64,000 bases of DNA from NCBI RefSeq assembly GCF_009914755.1, contig NC_060947.1; one strand, 5' to 3'. Positions 19,185 to 42,228 of this stretch are shown here, piece after piece (the first letter of the stretch is position 1; each line of letters opens with the position of its first letter). The position numbers and the translations under genes were made by a program. The DNA comes from the human T2T-CHM13v2.0 reference genome, Homo sapiens. Under the pieces are notes generated by a model that worked only from the letters and a program-made list of their open reading frames with translations, was not told the DNA's origin and searched no databases.

Positions 19185-20322
19185 TTTGACATCAAAAGCA
19201 CGGGTAACAAAAGCAAAAATAAACAAATGAGACTATATCCAAAATGCTTCTGCACAGCAAAGGAAAAAAATCAACAAAATTAAGAGGCAACCTACAGAAT
19301 GGGAGAAAATATTTGTGAACTGTGTATCTGATAAGGGGCTAATATCCAAAATATGTAAGGAACTCACATAACTCAATAACAGAAACCCCACAAAAAACTA
19401 ATAACCCAATTAAACAATGGGCAAAGGACTTCAAAAGACATTTTTCCAAATAAGATGTAAAATAGCCAAGCGGTATATGAAAAATGCACAAAATCAGTAA
19501 TCAGAAAAACTCAAATTAAAACCACAATGAGATCACTTCACACTCATTACGATGGCTATTATCAAGAGACAAGTGTTGGTGAGGATGCAGAGAAAAGGGA
19601 GTCCTTGTACATTGCTGATGGGAATATAAATTGATACAGTCTCTGTGGAAAACAGTAAGGAGTTTCCTCAAAATATTAAAAACAGAACTACCATATGATT
19701 CAGGAATCTCACTGCTGGGTATACATCCAAAGAAAATAAAACTAGAATCTCAAAAAGATATCTGCATTCCCATGTTCCTTGCACCATTTTTCACAATAGC
19801 CAAAATAAGGAAACCACCTTAAAGTTGACACAAGTTTATGGGTCTTTGTGACAACATGGATGAACCTAGAGGGCACTAGGCTAAATGAGTAATCCAGGCA
19901 CAGAAAGAGAAATACCATATGATCTCATATGTGGAATCTAGAAAGGATGAACTTATAGAAGCAGAGAATAGAATAGTGTTTGCTGGGGACTGGAGAGTGG
20001 GGGAAATGGTGAGATGCCACATATGAGATCATATGGTATTTCTCTTTCAGTTACAGGATGAATAAGTTCTGATGATCTAATGTACAGCATGGTAGCTGCA
20101 GTTAATATTTGAAATTTGGTAAGAGAGCAGATTATAAGTGTCCTTACACACTTAAATGCACTTAACACACGCACACACAACATGGTAACTATGATGATGA
20201 CAGACATGTTAATAAATTTGATTGTGGTAATTATTGCACAAAGTATACATATATCAAATCTGTACACCTTGGATATATACGATTTTGTTTGTCAATTATA
20301 CCTCAGTAATGCTGGAAAAAAT
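19185..20322 (+). mobile_element. L1MA/L1MB-type 3' end
   Basis: ORF2 C-terminal motifs and a 3'UTR ending gtcaattatacctcagtaatgctgg. Confidence 0.8.
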
Positions 20323-20705
20323 GTAAGGGATAGCTATGTTGGGTTAGGTGGGACTTCAACATTTTAAGTCAGTGAAGAAGGGTGTATTTTGAAATTGAGA
20401 CATCACAGCTTAGATTATTTTGGATATTGCCAACTGTTTTGGCTGCCCAAAATATTAATCCCTTTCTATGAATGCAAAATTACCCCACCTCATGGGTTTT
20501 GGTGGGAAGCAAAATATACCTCCTACTACAAGGGATGAAAATTCTAGATGCTAACTTGCCTAATCTCCATTACAGCTAGGGAGTGGCCACATAACCTAAG
20601 CTCCCTCAATCAGATGTGTCTGTGTCAGACTGAGTTGGAAACTAAAGATATAATAAGAAGATTTCTCTTTCTGGTGGCAGTGGTATAATCATTTTTCTAA
20701 TCAGA

Positions 20706-20880
20706 TTTTCTTTTTTTTTTTTGAGACAGAGTCTCACTCTGTCGCCAGGCTGGAGTGCAGAGGTGCGATCTCGGCTCAACTGCAACCTCCGACTCCCTAG
20801 TTCAAGCAATTCTCCTGCCTCAGCCTCCTGAGTAGCTGGCATTACAGGCACACATCGCCACGCCCAGCTAATTTTTGTAT
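20706..20880 (-). mobile_element. 5'-truncated Alu (right arm) inside an old LTR-like segment (~20420-21060)
   Basis: Poly(T) plus Alu right monomer, flanked by the repeat tctaatcaga. Confidence 0.85.
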
Positions 20881-21189
20881 CTAATCAGAGAATTCTAAGG
20901 TGTGATTTGAGGCATTTTTCTTAGGTATAGCTGAGCCAGGTTCTACATTCCCTTAAACAACTTCTATGAGATCTCTACTGTCCTTTTAATAAACTCCCTT
21001 TCTGTTCAGTCAGCTAGGATTGGCCTCTACTGCTTGCACCTAACAACCCCAATTGATACAGCTCCTAATATTTACCTCTGGCCCTGCCCTCACTCTGAGA
21101 TATACGTAAGATCATATCTCACATATCTCACAGGTTCCATACAGGATATCTCACAGTGGTTTGGCTCTATACCTGATATCTCACAGTTA

Positions 21190-21330
21190 TGGAGCCAAAC
21201 CACTTACTAGCTGTGTAATCTTGAGCACGTTACTTCTTTCTGAACCTTTGCTCTTGTATAAAATGAGAATTATATTAATACCTACCTCACAGGAATATTG
21301 TAATGGTCAAGTGAGAAACTTAGGTGTCAA
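21190..21330 (+). mobile_element. MIR fragment
   Basis: ccacttactagctgtgtaatcttgagca...aaaatgagaat...cctacctcacagg MIR core. Confidence 0.7.
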
Positions 21331-21430
21331 AAATTGTAAACTGAATAATGCAATACAGTATTGTAAAATATAATTTATACTATTATAGTTTATTCTACAT
21401 TAAATGGTAGTGGTACCTTGCTTTTCTTAC

Positions 21431-21574
21431 CACATGTGTGGGAGGCTTGTAACTGTTTCTTTACTCCTGGGAAACAAGGTTTCCCCAAAGTAGCTGTATC
21501 TGCAAACAATGTAGAGTTTTATTTCTTTTGACGTTGCCTCTATAGTCCTTGTAGAGCACCAGGAGCGAAGCACT
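21431..21574 (-). pseudogene. EVA1C-like pseudo-exon (C-terminal half of SUEL2), 144 nt
   Basis: caacag|AGTGC...TGTG|gtaaga; reads CFAPGALQGL*RQRQKK*NSTLFADTATLGKPCFPGVKKQLQASHTC, compared with EVA1C FGSPCLPGVKKYLTVTYAC. Confidence 0.85.
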
Positions 21575-22566
21575 CTGTTGGTAATGATTTGAAGAAACAA
21601 AAATAATTTGAGGGTTGGGAACTTGAAAGGGAGGTAAAATAGATAGCAGAACAAGAATTGATATTTCTGTAATGCAGGCTTGAGAGAGACAAAAAAGAAA
21701 CTGATGCAAAATACTTTGAGGTCTCAAGGAAATAGAACTAAAAAGAGGATCTTACAGTAAAAACAGTCTATTCAGGCTGCCATCACTGAAGCAAATGAAT
21801 CAGGATATTGTTAACGTTTTTGTCACTTTGCTTGAGATGCATCATGGAAGAAATATGTACTGGATTGGCCTGACTTGGCTAGCACACCTGTTCTTTGCCT
21901 AGGAGAGGGCCTGGTTCCTTTAGACCATATCCAAAAGAGATAATTCTCTACAAAGAAATTGAGGGTATAGGGATGACAGAAAAATAGATGCTGACAGCAA
22001 CAACAAATGCACATGATTGTGAAATGGAAAAAGTAATCTTGTTTTTTTCTACCATGTCATACTGCCAGGCTTTAGTACCATGCCAGGTTGAGAATTGTTT
22101 TTTGGTGCAGAGAGACTGGCATCATAATTTATTTTCCTTAGAAAGCAATGCCACAGCACCTCCAAGGTTACGGGCAAATATCAAATAATGATGAGTGTTG
22201 GGTTTTTGTCTTCTGAAATGAGTAAAACAAGTTCTCGTAGTTTTTTGTACTTGAAAAAGTACAGTACAATTTTTATTTATGAATGTTTTAAAAATTGCCA
22301 ATTTTCTCCAAGTTCCTAATAGCTCAATTTTTTTACTGCTCTAAATATAGAGTTTACAATGTGTTGTTTTAGATTTTTGGTAACCATACATATTTAGCAA
22401 TTAAAGATATTAGTGCTACCAAGCGACTTTGAAAAATACTGATTACTAAAATAAAAAAGAAATATTTTGAGTTTTAGTGCTTAATTCCTTCTGTTGGTTA
22501 TAGAAGAAGTAATTGAAATGTAGTTGAAGGAGCTAGATTGGAGGTATCTGCTATGCTCTATCACTA

Positions 22567-22790
22567 GGACAGAATTTCTCAACCTCAGGGGCCATTTGGG
22601 GCCAAATAACTCTTAGTTACAGGGTGTTGTTCTGTGCATTGTAGGATGTTTAGAGTCATTTCTGGACTCTACCTACTAGATGCCTATGGCATTCCCTACC
22701 CCTCAGTTGTGACAGTCACATATATCTCCAGACATAGCCAACGATTTGGGGAGGGTGTATAAAATCACTGCTGGTTCAGAACTACTAGAC
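22567..22790. mobile_element. MER20 (hAT-Charlie) DNA transposon remnant
   Basis: tttctcaacct...tgtgcattgtaggatgttt...ctacctactagatgcc...ggttcagaactact. Confidence 0.8.
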
Positions 22791-23569
22791 TAGAGGTAAA
22801 GCTACAAAATCCTGTGCATTGAGAAAATCATTTATGAAGATTTCCTCTTTATACTGAGGTTGAGGCAAATCAATAAGGGTTATTCAAAACTTTGTGGCCT
22901 AAGCATTCAAGAGATTTGTATCCTACAGATCATGAATATACCAGAAGCAGGAACTAATACAATGCAATAACAATTACAGGGCAGCATTGCCAAAAATGAG
23001 AAGGATTTAGGCCACAGACAGAAATTACATCACTGAGAATTCCATACAGACCCGTATATGATAGCTAATGCTGAAGCACACTCCAGCAATAATGCTGTGA
23101 TATAGTGTTGCATTATTAACTGAAAATAAGTGAGTATAACTGGGTTTTCCAATGGAATTCTTAAGAATGTTAATTTTTTCTGTGGAACACACTTTAGGAT
23201 GAGCTGGACTGGGAAGAAGCTACTGAGTTTGCACACTTGAGAACCAAGCAGTATTTTCTACCCACACTGTCTTGGGAAACAGCCCAGAAATACATATCAG
23301 GTGTAGCTTTCAAAAACAACATTTCTTTGGCCATGAACTAGCTGAGCAAGATTATATTCTTACTCATAATATAATTTTAACTAGTTAAGAATGTGTATAT
23401 CATTATACACCAAGACAAAGCTAGTCTCATTACATTGCCCATATATTGAATATCATGGTGATCTGGACAATATCAGTCTGTTATTTAAAGCTCAGTAAAC
23501 CACTAACATTAAACAAATAATTTGAAAAACTTTATTGCAGGTCTTGCATGTCTCCCATTTCCAACATAC

Positions 23570-23721
23570 TTGTGACTGGTCCATTTTTATTCATTACATC
23601 ACATTTCTGTTTTCCTCTAAGAATTTGCCATAACTTGCAGAGAAAATTGCCAGGACAGATCTATTTCTGCGCTGAAGCCTCATCATGCCATTCTCACACA
23701 TTTTCTTGATTTGGTAGTTCT
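23570..23721 (-). pseudogene. EVA1C-like pseudo-exon (N-terminal half of SUEL2), 152 nt with a 1-nt frameshift
   Basis: tttcctag|AGAAC...ACAA|gtatgt; reads ENYQIKKMCENGMMRLQRRNRSVLAIFSASYGKF/RGKQKCDVMNKNGPVT, showing the SUEL CE...I.SA.YG...C pattern. Confidence 0.85.
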
Positions 23722-23987
23722 CTAGGAAACAAGGCTGATACTTTAGCTTCCCTTTCAAATTCAATACTATATTCCAACATGTATATTTTTAAGCTGTCTG
23801 GAAGCATTGACAGTTTAAATTTCCTTAAAATGAGGATAAATCTATCATAGAGTCAGTTGAACTTCCAGAAATCAATTTTCAGAAGGATTACAATCCAAAA
23901 AATTACAAAATGAGATATTACAGTGAAAGTGGCTCTTACTTTTGGGTAGATTTCAGATCTTTCTCTAATTATAAAATACAAAATACT

Positions 23988-30171
<6,184 letters not shown>

Positions 30172-30368
30172 AAAATACAAAATACCTCTGTAACCAAGAG
30201 GTATTTTGTGTCTGTGGGTTATACAGCTTAAGGTATTATGCATTGATTTAAAAATTACTAAACATGAAAACACAGATATAGCACTTAGAAATGAGTCCAA
30301 AACTATGCAGGACTACAATCCTTTTTGATAAATCCCCTCTTAATTGTAAATACCTCTGTGAAACTTGC

Positions 30369-30492
30369 CTGGTCTACACTTATAAGACACAAGAAGCTAC
30401 TTATATGTCTCAGGACATGGGTCTGGTCCAAATACTCAACTATTCACAGATATCAGATACCAGTTTTGGTCCTGGCACTCATCCATGAGTTT
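30369..30492 (-). pseudogene. EVA1C-like pseudo-exon (C-terminal half of SUEL1), 124 nt
   Basis: (tctct)n ttcataag|AAACTC...CCAG|gcaagt; reads KLMDECQDQNWYLISVNS*VFGPDPCPETYK*LLVSYKCRP, compared with EVA1C KVLDECQNQRACHLLVNSRVFGPDLCPGSSKYLLVSFKCQP. Confidence 0.92.
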
Positions 30493-30498
30493 CTTATG

Positions 30499-30533
30499 AA
30501 GAGAAGAGAAGAGAAGAGAAGAGAAGAGAAGAG
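30499..30533. repeat. (AAGAG)n pentanucleotide microsatellite
   Basis: aagagaagagaagag... directly abuts the minus-strand acceptor at 30493. Confidence 0.9.
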
Positions 30534-31339
30534 GAGATTACGAAATAAAAATGTGATGTACACCTTAATGTGTTATCACTTCCATCAATGAATTTTACAA
30601 CTTTTCAATAAAATGTTTCTTTTTACTCTGATATCTAGAAGTTCTATTCAATGAACACTGAAAAGATATAGACAGATTCATGATAGCTAGATAGATAGAT
30701 TAGACATGAAAAATTAAAACCGTGAATTATAGCTCTGTCATTTACTTGCTCTATGACTATTAAAAAATTATATCCACAAAGTTTTATTTCTTTATGTTTC
30801 ATGGAGATAGTAATTCCCAGCACAAGTTAAGCAAAAAACTATGTTCAAATTCAATTACTACAGAAATCAAAGCTTTTACTATATGGACAAGCTGAGTACT
30901 CTGGCTCTGGAAATGATTAGGAATAACACACAGGCCAATAATATTTGTGGCTCATTAAAATGGGAGAGGGCACACTGAATGGCAAGAAGAAAATCAAGAG
31001 ACATGGAACCATGGAAGCCAAGGGAATTGAGTGTTTAAAAAAAGGTAGACTGGTAGGCTGTGTCAAATAATCCTAAGGAGTTAGATCAGATAAAGACATC
31101 AAAGTGTCCATCAGATTTAACAACATGGACATCATTAATGACCTCAGTGAAGCTGGTGGTGTCAGAAATAAGACTGAGTGAATTTCTATTGAGAAAGTAA
31201 AGATGGAGAGTGTGTTTTTTTAAACAGAATAAGACAAAATAAAGGCCAGTCAGAAAGCTATATATTTAGTTTCTATTACAGACTGATCTACCAGCTTTCC
31301 AACTGGTAGATCCCTTAGTCCAGCTCCCATCTAGGTCAT

Positions 31340-31535
31340 TAATGGCCTCTGTCACTTACTAGCTATGGAGCTATAGAAGAATCAGTTCACCCACCTGATT
31401 CTGTTTCCTCATCCTTAAAATGGTTTAAAAAATAGTAACTACTTCATAGAGTTATTATGTAGATTAATGGCTAGAATGCTTATGCTGTGCCAAGCAACAT
31501 ACCTGGCACATAGTAGCTGTTTAATAAACATCAGC
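31340..31535 (+). mobile_element. MIR fragment
   Basis: ctgtcacttactagct...ctgtttcctcatc...acctggcacatagtag. Confidence 0.7.
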
Positions 31536-31774
31536 TAGTATTATAAGAAAGGAAAGAAATTGGCCAAATTAAGATCATGTAACTAAGATCAAAATTCTCC
31601 TGATCCAAATGGTGTAGGAAAACCATCTAGGACTAATTTCTTTATTTTTTATTTTATTTACCTTGTCCTGGTAGTTACATATCCAATCTGTTCCTTTCTC
31701 AGATAAAATCAGTGTGTTTTACTTTTGAATGTAGAGTTATCGATAACCTTACTCTCTGAGAAGTTGCATCTTAC

Positions 31775-31882
31775 CTGTCTAGTTGTGACTGACACACAGT
31801 TGGCATTTTCACTGGTCCTACCAATTGGAGTTGGGCAAAAGTTTTCCTTGGAGACTTTATGACCATAAAAAGTGGAAGTGAT
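31775..31882 (-). pseudogene. 3' portion of the L1-split EVA1C-like pseudo-exon (SUEL1 N-half)
   Basis: Reads TSTFYGHKVSKENFCPTPIGRTSENANCVSVTTRQ followed by the donor |gtaaga at 31774. Confidence 0.85.
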
Positions 31883-35703
<3,821 letters not shown>

Positions 35704-35811
35704 AAAAAGCGGAAGGGATAATAATAGATGCCTTTTGTGGGTACATGATTCCCAGTTGCTCTCCATAGCATTCATGAGCTATATGTTTCTTCAGGACCTT
35801 CTTTAGTTAGG
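35704..35811 (-). pseudogene. 5' portion of the L1-split EVA1C-like pseudo-exon (SUEL1 N-half)
   Basis: ttcccccag|CCTAA...; reads *LKKVLKKHIAHECYGEQLGIMYPQKASIIIPSAF, compared with EVA1C YLTKLLQNHTTYACDGDYLNLQCPRHSTISVQSAFYG. Confidence 0.85.
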
Positions 35812-36754
35812 CTGGGGGAATGTTGGAGGTAGATAATGGAGAAGAATACTGTATAACTCCCAAAGTACTCCTAGACTCTTATAAAGGACCTCAAATTTCA
35901 ACCCTGCTAAATCCCCATACAGTGCCTAAGTATCTTTTATAGATTCCCAGTAATCAGTCATCTAGAATCTTCCTAAACACTTTTAATAATAGGGTATATT
36001 TGTTATGTGGCTGTTGAATAGTTATATTGGTTAAATGTGTTTCCTCATGTTGAATGAATTCCTGGTCTCCCTTTTGCAACTTCTGCCTATTAATTCTACT
36101 TCCATCACTAGGAGTTATTAAAAAAACTAGGTCTGAGTCCTCTTTTTCATAATACTCTATTAGATATTTAAGGACAGTGACTTTCTTGCACTACAAAACA
36201 AATTTTCTCAACCTAAGTTGAGAAACTTCCTAATTTCCAAACTTCTCACCATACTTTAAAATCGCATATGAACCATGTCTAGCTTGACAATAAATTTCTT
36301 AAAGTATTAGAAACAACACCAGATAGAGTCTGAATGAAATAGAGAACAATGTGATTTCTAGAAGTCACCTTTTACTTCTAGTTTGAAAACAAGCACACTA
36401 TACTATTATTGCCTATCTTATGAGACTGTGTCAGACACTTTATTGACTACCCAGTATTTATTTCTATCTTTCTTTACTAATAGGAGGCTTAATTTTGTTT
36501 GTGGTAATAATGTACTCAGCCCCAGTTGAGACACTTGCTTTTTCAGGCTCTTTTTAAGCTAGAGCAGCCGTGTGACACAGATACCTACCTTTTGCATGCC
36601 ATGATATCGCAAAGGTTACTATAAATCCTTATCTTTTGCTTCTGCCTCTCCTCTTCCCTCCAAGTGAATCTACTAATATTCCTCTTTCTTCCTGAACTTC
36701 TACTAGCAAAATCCATTCTACCCAAATTTCTCATCCAATTCTGACAGAGGAAGT

Positions 36755-36935
36755 ATATAGGCAGCCTACTATTCTAAGCTTATTGCAAGGCTTATCTCGT
36801 TTAATCCTCAAAAATACCCTATGAGCTCAGTAAAATTATTATCCACATTTTTCAAAAGAAAAGCAATGAGGATCAGAAAGGTGAAGATACTAGAGAGTAA
36901 GTAGTAAAGCTAGTATTTAAACATAGTTCAACATG
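36755..36935 (-). mobile_element. MIR fragment
   Basis: atctcgtttaatcctcaaaaataccctatgag...attatccacattttt...tgaggatcagaaaggtgaag. Confidence 0.7.
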
Positions 36936-36982
36936 TTTTTAACCCCTGCCCTGAGGTCCTCTTACTAAGAGTCCTTTGTCAG

Positions 36983-39900
36983 AGGGGCCAAGATGGCTAA
37001 TTAGAAGCAGCTGTGGCCCGCCGCACTCAGAGGAATGAAAGAGGCAAGTGAATACAGCACCTTCAACTGAAATATCCAGGTTCTTGCACTGGGACTGATT
37101 AGGACAGCTCGACCCACGGAGCATGAAGATAAGCAGGGTGGGGAAATGGCTCACTCAGGAGCGACACTCAGCCAAGGGAACGCCCAAACCCAGCCAAGGG
37201 AAGCAGTGAGTGATTGTGCAACCCCTGGAAACCACGCTCTTCCCATGTATCTTTGTAATTTGCTGATCAGGAGATCCCCTTGTGAGCCCACCAGGGCCTT
37301 GGGGCTGACACACAGAGTTGTCTGGAGTCTTGGCAGAGCAGATGCTCAGGCACACAAAGAGACCCAGTAGCATTACATACTCCAGCCCCGGGATCCCCAA
37401 CATAGATGTCTGCAACTCATGCAGGGCAAGAGAGCTGCACATACCCCTAGGAAGGGGGTGAAACCCAGGGAGCCAAGCAGCATTGTTCTGTGGGCCACAC
37501 TTTCATGGCACCTCACAAGATAAGACCCACTGGCTTGGAATTCCAGCCAGCTACCAGCAACAAGGTGGAGCCTGCCTAAGGCTGGACAGAGCCCCCTGTG
37601 GGCAGGGGGAGGGGTGGGCACCATCTCTGCTCTTTGGTCAACTCAGCTGTTCCAGCCTGCAGGCTTTGGAGAATCCAAATGGTCCAGACAGGAAGGGTCC
37701 CTTCGTTGCCATATTGTGGCCAAACTGCTTCTTTAAGTGGGCCCAATCCATTCCTCCTCACTGGGCAGAACCTCCCAGCTGGGACTTCTGGCCATGCCTG
37801 CTTGCACATATTATGGACAGAGCTCTGAACTATCTCTAGGATGGAGTGCCCTGAGGAGGGGAGGGCTGCCACCTGGGTTGGTTGGACGACTCAGCCGTTC
37901 CAGCCTGCAAGCTTTGGAAAGTCCAAGCCAATGGGGACAGAGGTGGTTCCCCACCATGACACAGCTGTTTTGTTGAGGTGTGGCCAGACTGCTTCTTTAA
38001 GTGGGACCCCAATCCACTCCTCCTCATGGGGCAGATCCTCCCAGCAGGGTCCTCCAAGCCAGGGCCTCTGGCCACCCCCACCCATGTTCTATAGGGCCAA
38101 CAGAGCTCTAATTTCTCCCTGAGACAGAGTGCCTGAGGGGCAAGGCAGGTCACCACCTGAGACATTCGGGCTTCTTAGCCAGTCCAGCTTCTGGGCCGTG
38201 GAAAGCCCAAACCAGACGGGGGCTGAAAGGATCCCCAACACAGCACAGCTGCTCTACCACAAAGCAGCCAGACTGCTCCTTTAACTGGGTCCCTGATCCT
38301 GTTCCTCCTGACTGAGTGAGAACCTCCAAATGAAGTCTCTAGCCACCTCCTACAGACCTGTTGGAGCCAGCAATAAATCAGTAGCCCTCTGGGATGGAGC
38401 TTCCAGAGAAAGGGGCAGACTGCCATCTTTGCTGTTTTGCAGTCTTCACTGGTGACACCTCCAGGTGTGGGAATAACTGAGGCAAGTAGGGTCTGGAGTG
38501 AACCCCCAGCAAATAGCAGCAGCCCTACAGAAGACTGGCTAGACCATTAAAAGAAAAGCAAACAGAAAACAACAACAACAACAAAAAAAGTCCCCCACAA
38601 AGTCCCCATCCAAAGGTCAGCAACCTCAAAGATTGAAGGTAGTAAGCCCCCAAAGATGAGAAAGAATCAATACAAAAATGCAGAAAACTCAAAAAGTCAG
38701 AGTGCCCCTTTTCCTCCAAATGACTGCAGTGCCTCTCCAGCAAGGGCTCAGAACTGGACTGAGGCTGGGATGGCTGAAATGACAGAAGTAAGCTTCAGAA
38801 GGTGGGTAATAATGAACTTTGCTGAGCTAAAGGAGCATGTTGTAACCCAATGCAAAGAGATAAGAATTAAGATAAAACAATACAGGAGCTGATAGCCATA
38901 TTAGTCAGCATAGAGAGGAACATAACTGACCTATTAGAACTGAAAAACACACTACAAGAACTTCACAATGCAATCACAAGTATTAATAGCAGAATAGACC
39001 AAGCAGATTATTCTCAGAGCTTGAAGACTATTTTTTTCTGAAATAAGGCAGGGAGACAAGAATAGAGAAAAAAGAATGAAAAGGAATAAACAAAACCTTT
39101 GAGAAATGGGATTATGTAAAGAGACCAAACCTTTGACTGATTGGGGTACCTGAAAGAGATGAGGAGAATAGAACCAAGTTGGAAAACATACTTCAGGATA
39201 TCATCCAGGAAAAATTCCCCAACCTAGCAAGACAGGCCAACATTCAAATTCAGAAAATGCAGAGAACCCCATTAAGATACTTCATGAGAAGATCATCCCC
39301 ACGACAATAATCATCAGATTCTTCAAGGTTGCAATGCAAGAAAAAATGTTAAGGGCAGCTAGAGAGAAAATCCAGGTCACCTACAAAGGGAAGCCCTTCA
39401 GACTAACAGCAGACTTCTCAGTGGAAAGCCCATAAGCCAGGAGATTAGGGGACAATATTCAACATTCTTAAAGAAAGAATTTCCATCCCAGAATTTCCTA
39501 TCCAGCCAAACTAAGCTTCATAAGCAAAGAAATAAGATCTTTTTTGGACAAGCAAATGCTGAGGGAATTTGTTACCACCAGATCTGCCTTACAAGAGCTC
39601 CAGAAGGAAGTACTAAATATGGAAAGGAAAGACCATTACCAGTCACTCCAAAACCACATTGAAGTACACAGACCAGTGACACTATAAAGCAACCATGTAA
39701 ACAAGTCTACAAAATAACTAGCTAACATCATAATGACAGGATAAAATCCACACATAACAATACTAACCTTAAATGTAAATGGGCTAAATGTCCCAATTAA
39801 ATGATACAGAATGGCAAGCTGGTTAAAGAACCAAGACCCATTGGTATGCGGTCTTCAAGAGAACCATCTCACATGCAATAACACACATAGGCTCAAAATA

Positions 39901-40398
39901 AAGGGATGGAGGAAAATTTACCAAGCAAATGGAAAATAGAAAAAGGCAGTGGTTGCAATTCTACTTTCTGACAAAACAGACTTTAAACCAACAAAAATCA
40001 AAAAAGAAAAAGAAGGGCATTACATAATGGTAAAAGGTTCAATTCAACAAGAAGAGCTAACTATCCTAAATATATATGCACCCCATATAGGAGCACTGAG
40101 ATTCATAAAGCAAGTTCTTAGAGACATTCAAAGAGACTTAGACTCCCACACAATAATAGTAGGAGACTGTAACATCCCACTGACAATACTAGACAGATCA
40201 TTGAAACAGAAAATTAACAAAGTATTCAGGACCTTAACTCAGCTCTGGATCAAGTGGACTTGATAGATATTTATAGAACTCTCCACCCAAAAACAACAGA
40301 AAATACATTCTTCCCATCACCACATGTCACTTACTCTAAAATCGACCACATAAAGTAAAACACTCCTCAGCAAATGCAAAAGAACTGAAATCATAGCA
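36983..40398 (+). mobile_element. Older primate L1 (L1P4/L1PA13-16-like): long 5'UTR, ORF1 (~38656-39690) and ORF2 EN region, 3' part missing
   Basis: gaggggccaagatggc start; ORF 39949-40263 is the EN domain; the 5'UTR carries degenerate tandem units. Confidence 0.85.
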
Positions 40399-40399
40399 G

Positions 40400-40634
40400 T
40401 CTGGTATCTCCCCTCTCACCCATGCTTCCTCACTTGTCATGTGATCTCTTGCACCAATTGGCTCCCCTTCCCCTTCCACAATGAATGGAAGCAGCCTCAG
40501 GCCCCCCGCAGAAGCAGTTGTTGGCAACTTGCTTCTTGTACAGCTTGCAGAACCATGAACCAAAGAAACATCTTTCTTTGTAAATTACCAAGCCTCAAGT
40601 ATTCCTTTATAGTAACACTAAATGGACTAAGACA
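40400..40634 (+). mobile_element. MST/MLT1A-type LTR, 3' half
   Basis: cttcttgtacagcttgcagaaccatg...aaattacc...aaatggactaagaca terminus. Confidence 0.75.
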
Positions 40635-42228
40635 AGTAACAATAAGATGGAAGAGCTAAAAAACACAATGGACTTTCAACAGGGCCATACTAACAAGATA
40701 TAAAACACAGCCTAAACAAGTTACAGGTGATTAAACAGTAAGTGAACAGATTACTAGAACAAAAGTCAACATTAATAGAGGAAGATAATAGAATGCAGAT
40801 TCTCTACGATATTATACACCATGTTCAGAAAAGAAAATGTGACACAAAAAAAGCAATCACTAGGAATCAACCAAAAGATGCTCCAGATGTTAAATTTAAA
40901 AGAAAACAATGATAAAGTAGTTAGTATAAATAGTTTAAATAAAAAAGGAGAGATGATATCAGGAAGACAGCAAGCTAGGCGGTGCTAACCTTCATCCTCT
41001 CACAAAAACAACAATTTAACAACTATTCATGGATGAAAATAGCTCTGGGACAGTTCTGGGCTACAACTAAAAAGGAACAGTAGCCGAGTGGAGCACAAAA
41101 ATCAAGGATGGCTGCATAGAAAAAGGTAGGAAATATTTTACCTCTGGCTGGAAAAGCTTAGTTCCAAGAGGAATCTCCTTGGCTATGAGTTCCCACTGCA
41201 GAGAATAAGAAGAACAGGAGGACCCCAGCAATCTTTGCCATTGAGGACCCCAGAAGCCCTTGTGACCATCACGGACCCCTAAACAGCCTTCTGCTGGAGA
41301 GGACCCCTGCAGTCTTTGCAAATGTAAAACTCAGTTGATGGAGCCTCCTGGATCTCAAGTTACTGTGGCTCCCAAAGCCAGAGAAACCAAATCCCCCTCA
41401 CCTGGATGATGCAACTGTGGGCCCCTCAAAGCCAGTGCCACTGCGCTCCCCCAGCCAGTTGCCAAAAAGTGCATGTGCCCCAGACCTAGTGCTACTGCCC
41501 ACTTGACCCAGATGGTGCCCTCATACTCGTTCACAGGTGAAGGCTTTTCCCTATAGTAACCAGTCCATAAAGTCTGGAAGAAGTGACCTTTTTTAATGCA
41601 CAGACACTGGGTTGGGCAGGGTCTTCAAGACGGCTGATTAGAGGTATCTCCTACTCACCTTGTCCACTAAGAAGAACCAAAATAGCAGGTAGATAACTAC
41701 ACCTCAAGTAGATCATCCAAGAGAGGACACTGGAATTCAATAGTGAAATGACAGGAAACAAAGCAAGGAAAGGGAGGGAAGTGAGGCAGCCTGCTTGGCC
41801 AGGATTGGCTGGGAGCTGAGACAGACTCCCCAATGCATGGAAAACGTGAGAGACCATCAGCAGTCCACATTCCCATTATGAACTCCTGAAATCCTAGTTT
41901 GAGAGAGCCCCTTAACCCTCCTTGGCCCTGAGACTAACATGGTGAGCTCTCTGGAAATCACAAGAAGGAACTGCACCAGAGAGAGGACTCACTCTGGGTA
42001 CCACAAGCTCCCACGTCCTTGGCAACAGTGACACAGTACCATCTTTAGAGCACAGTCCACACCGGACTATGTGGTGCCCTGCATCCAGCACCAAGGTAGT
42101 AGCCATAGGCAGCAGGCAGCAATCCTTTCCCCTCACCTCCTGCAAAGGGGTGGCCATGTATTTTAACATGCCCCAAGGACAAATTCCACTGCCTGCTATT
42201 GCAGTGGCTGCAGACTGCTGTGAGCTGA

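Noticed and set aside
22960-23130. Possible minus-strand exon with a hydrophobic translation (NNATLYHSIIAGVCFSIS)
   Set aside because: It lies between two exons that already join in phase, so the order is wrong for the transmembrane exon; no clear donor
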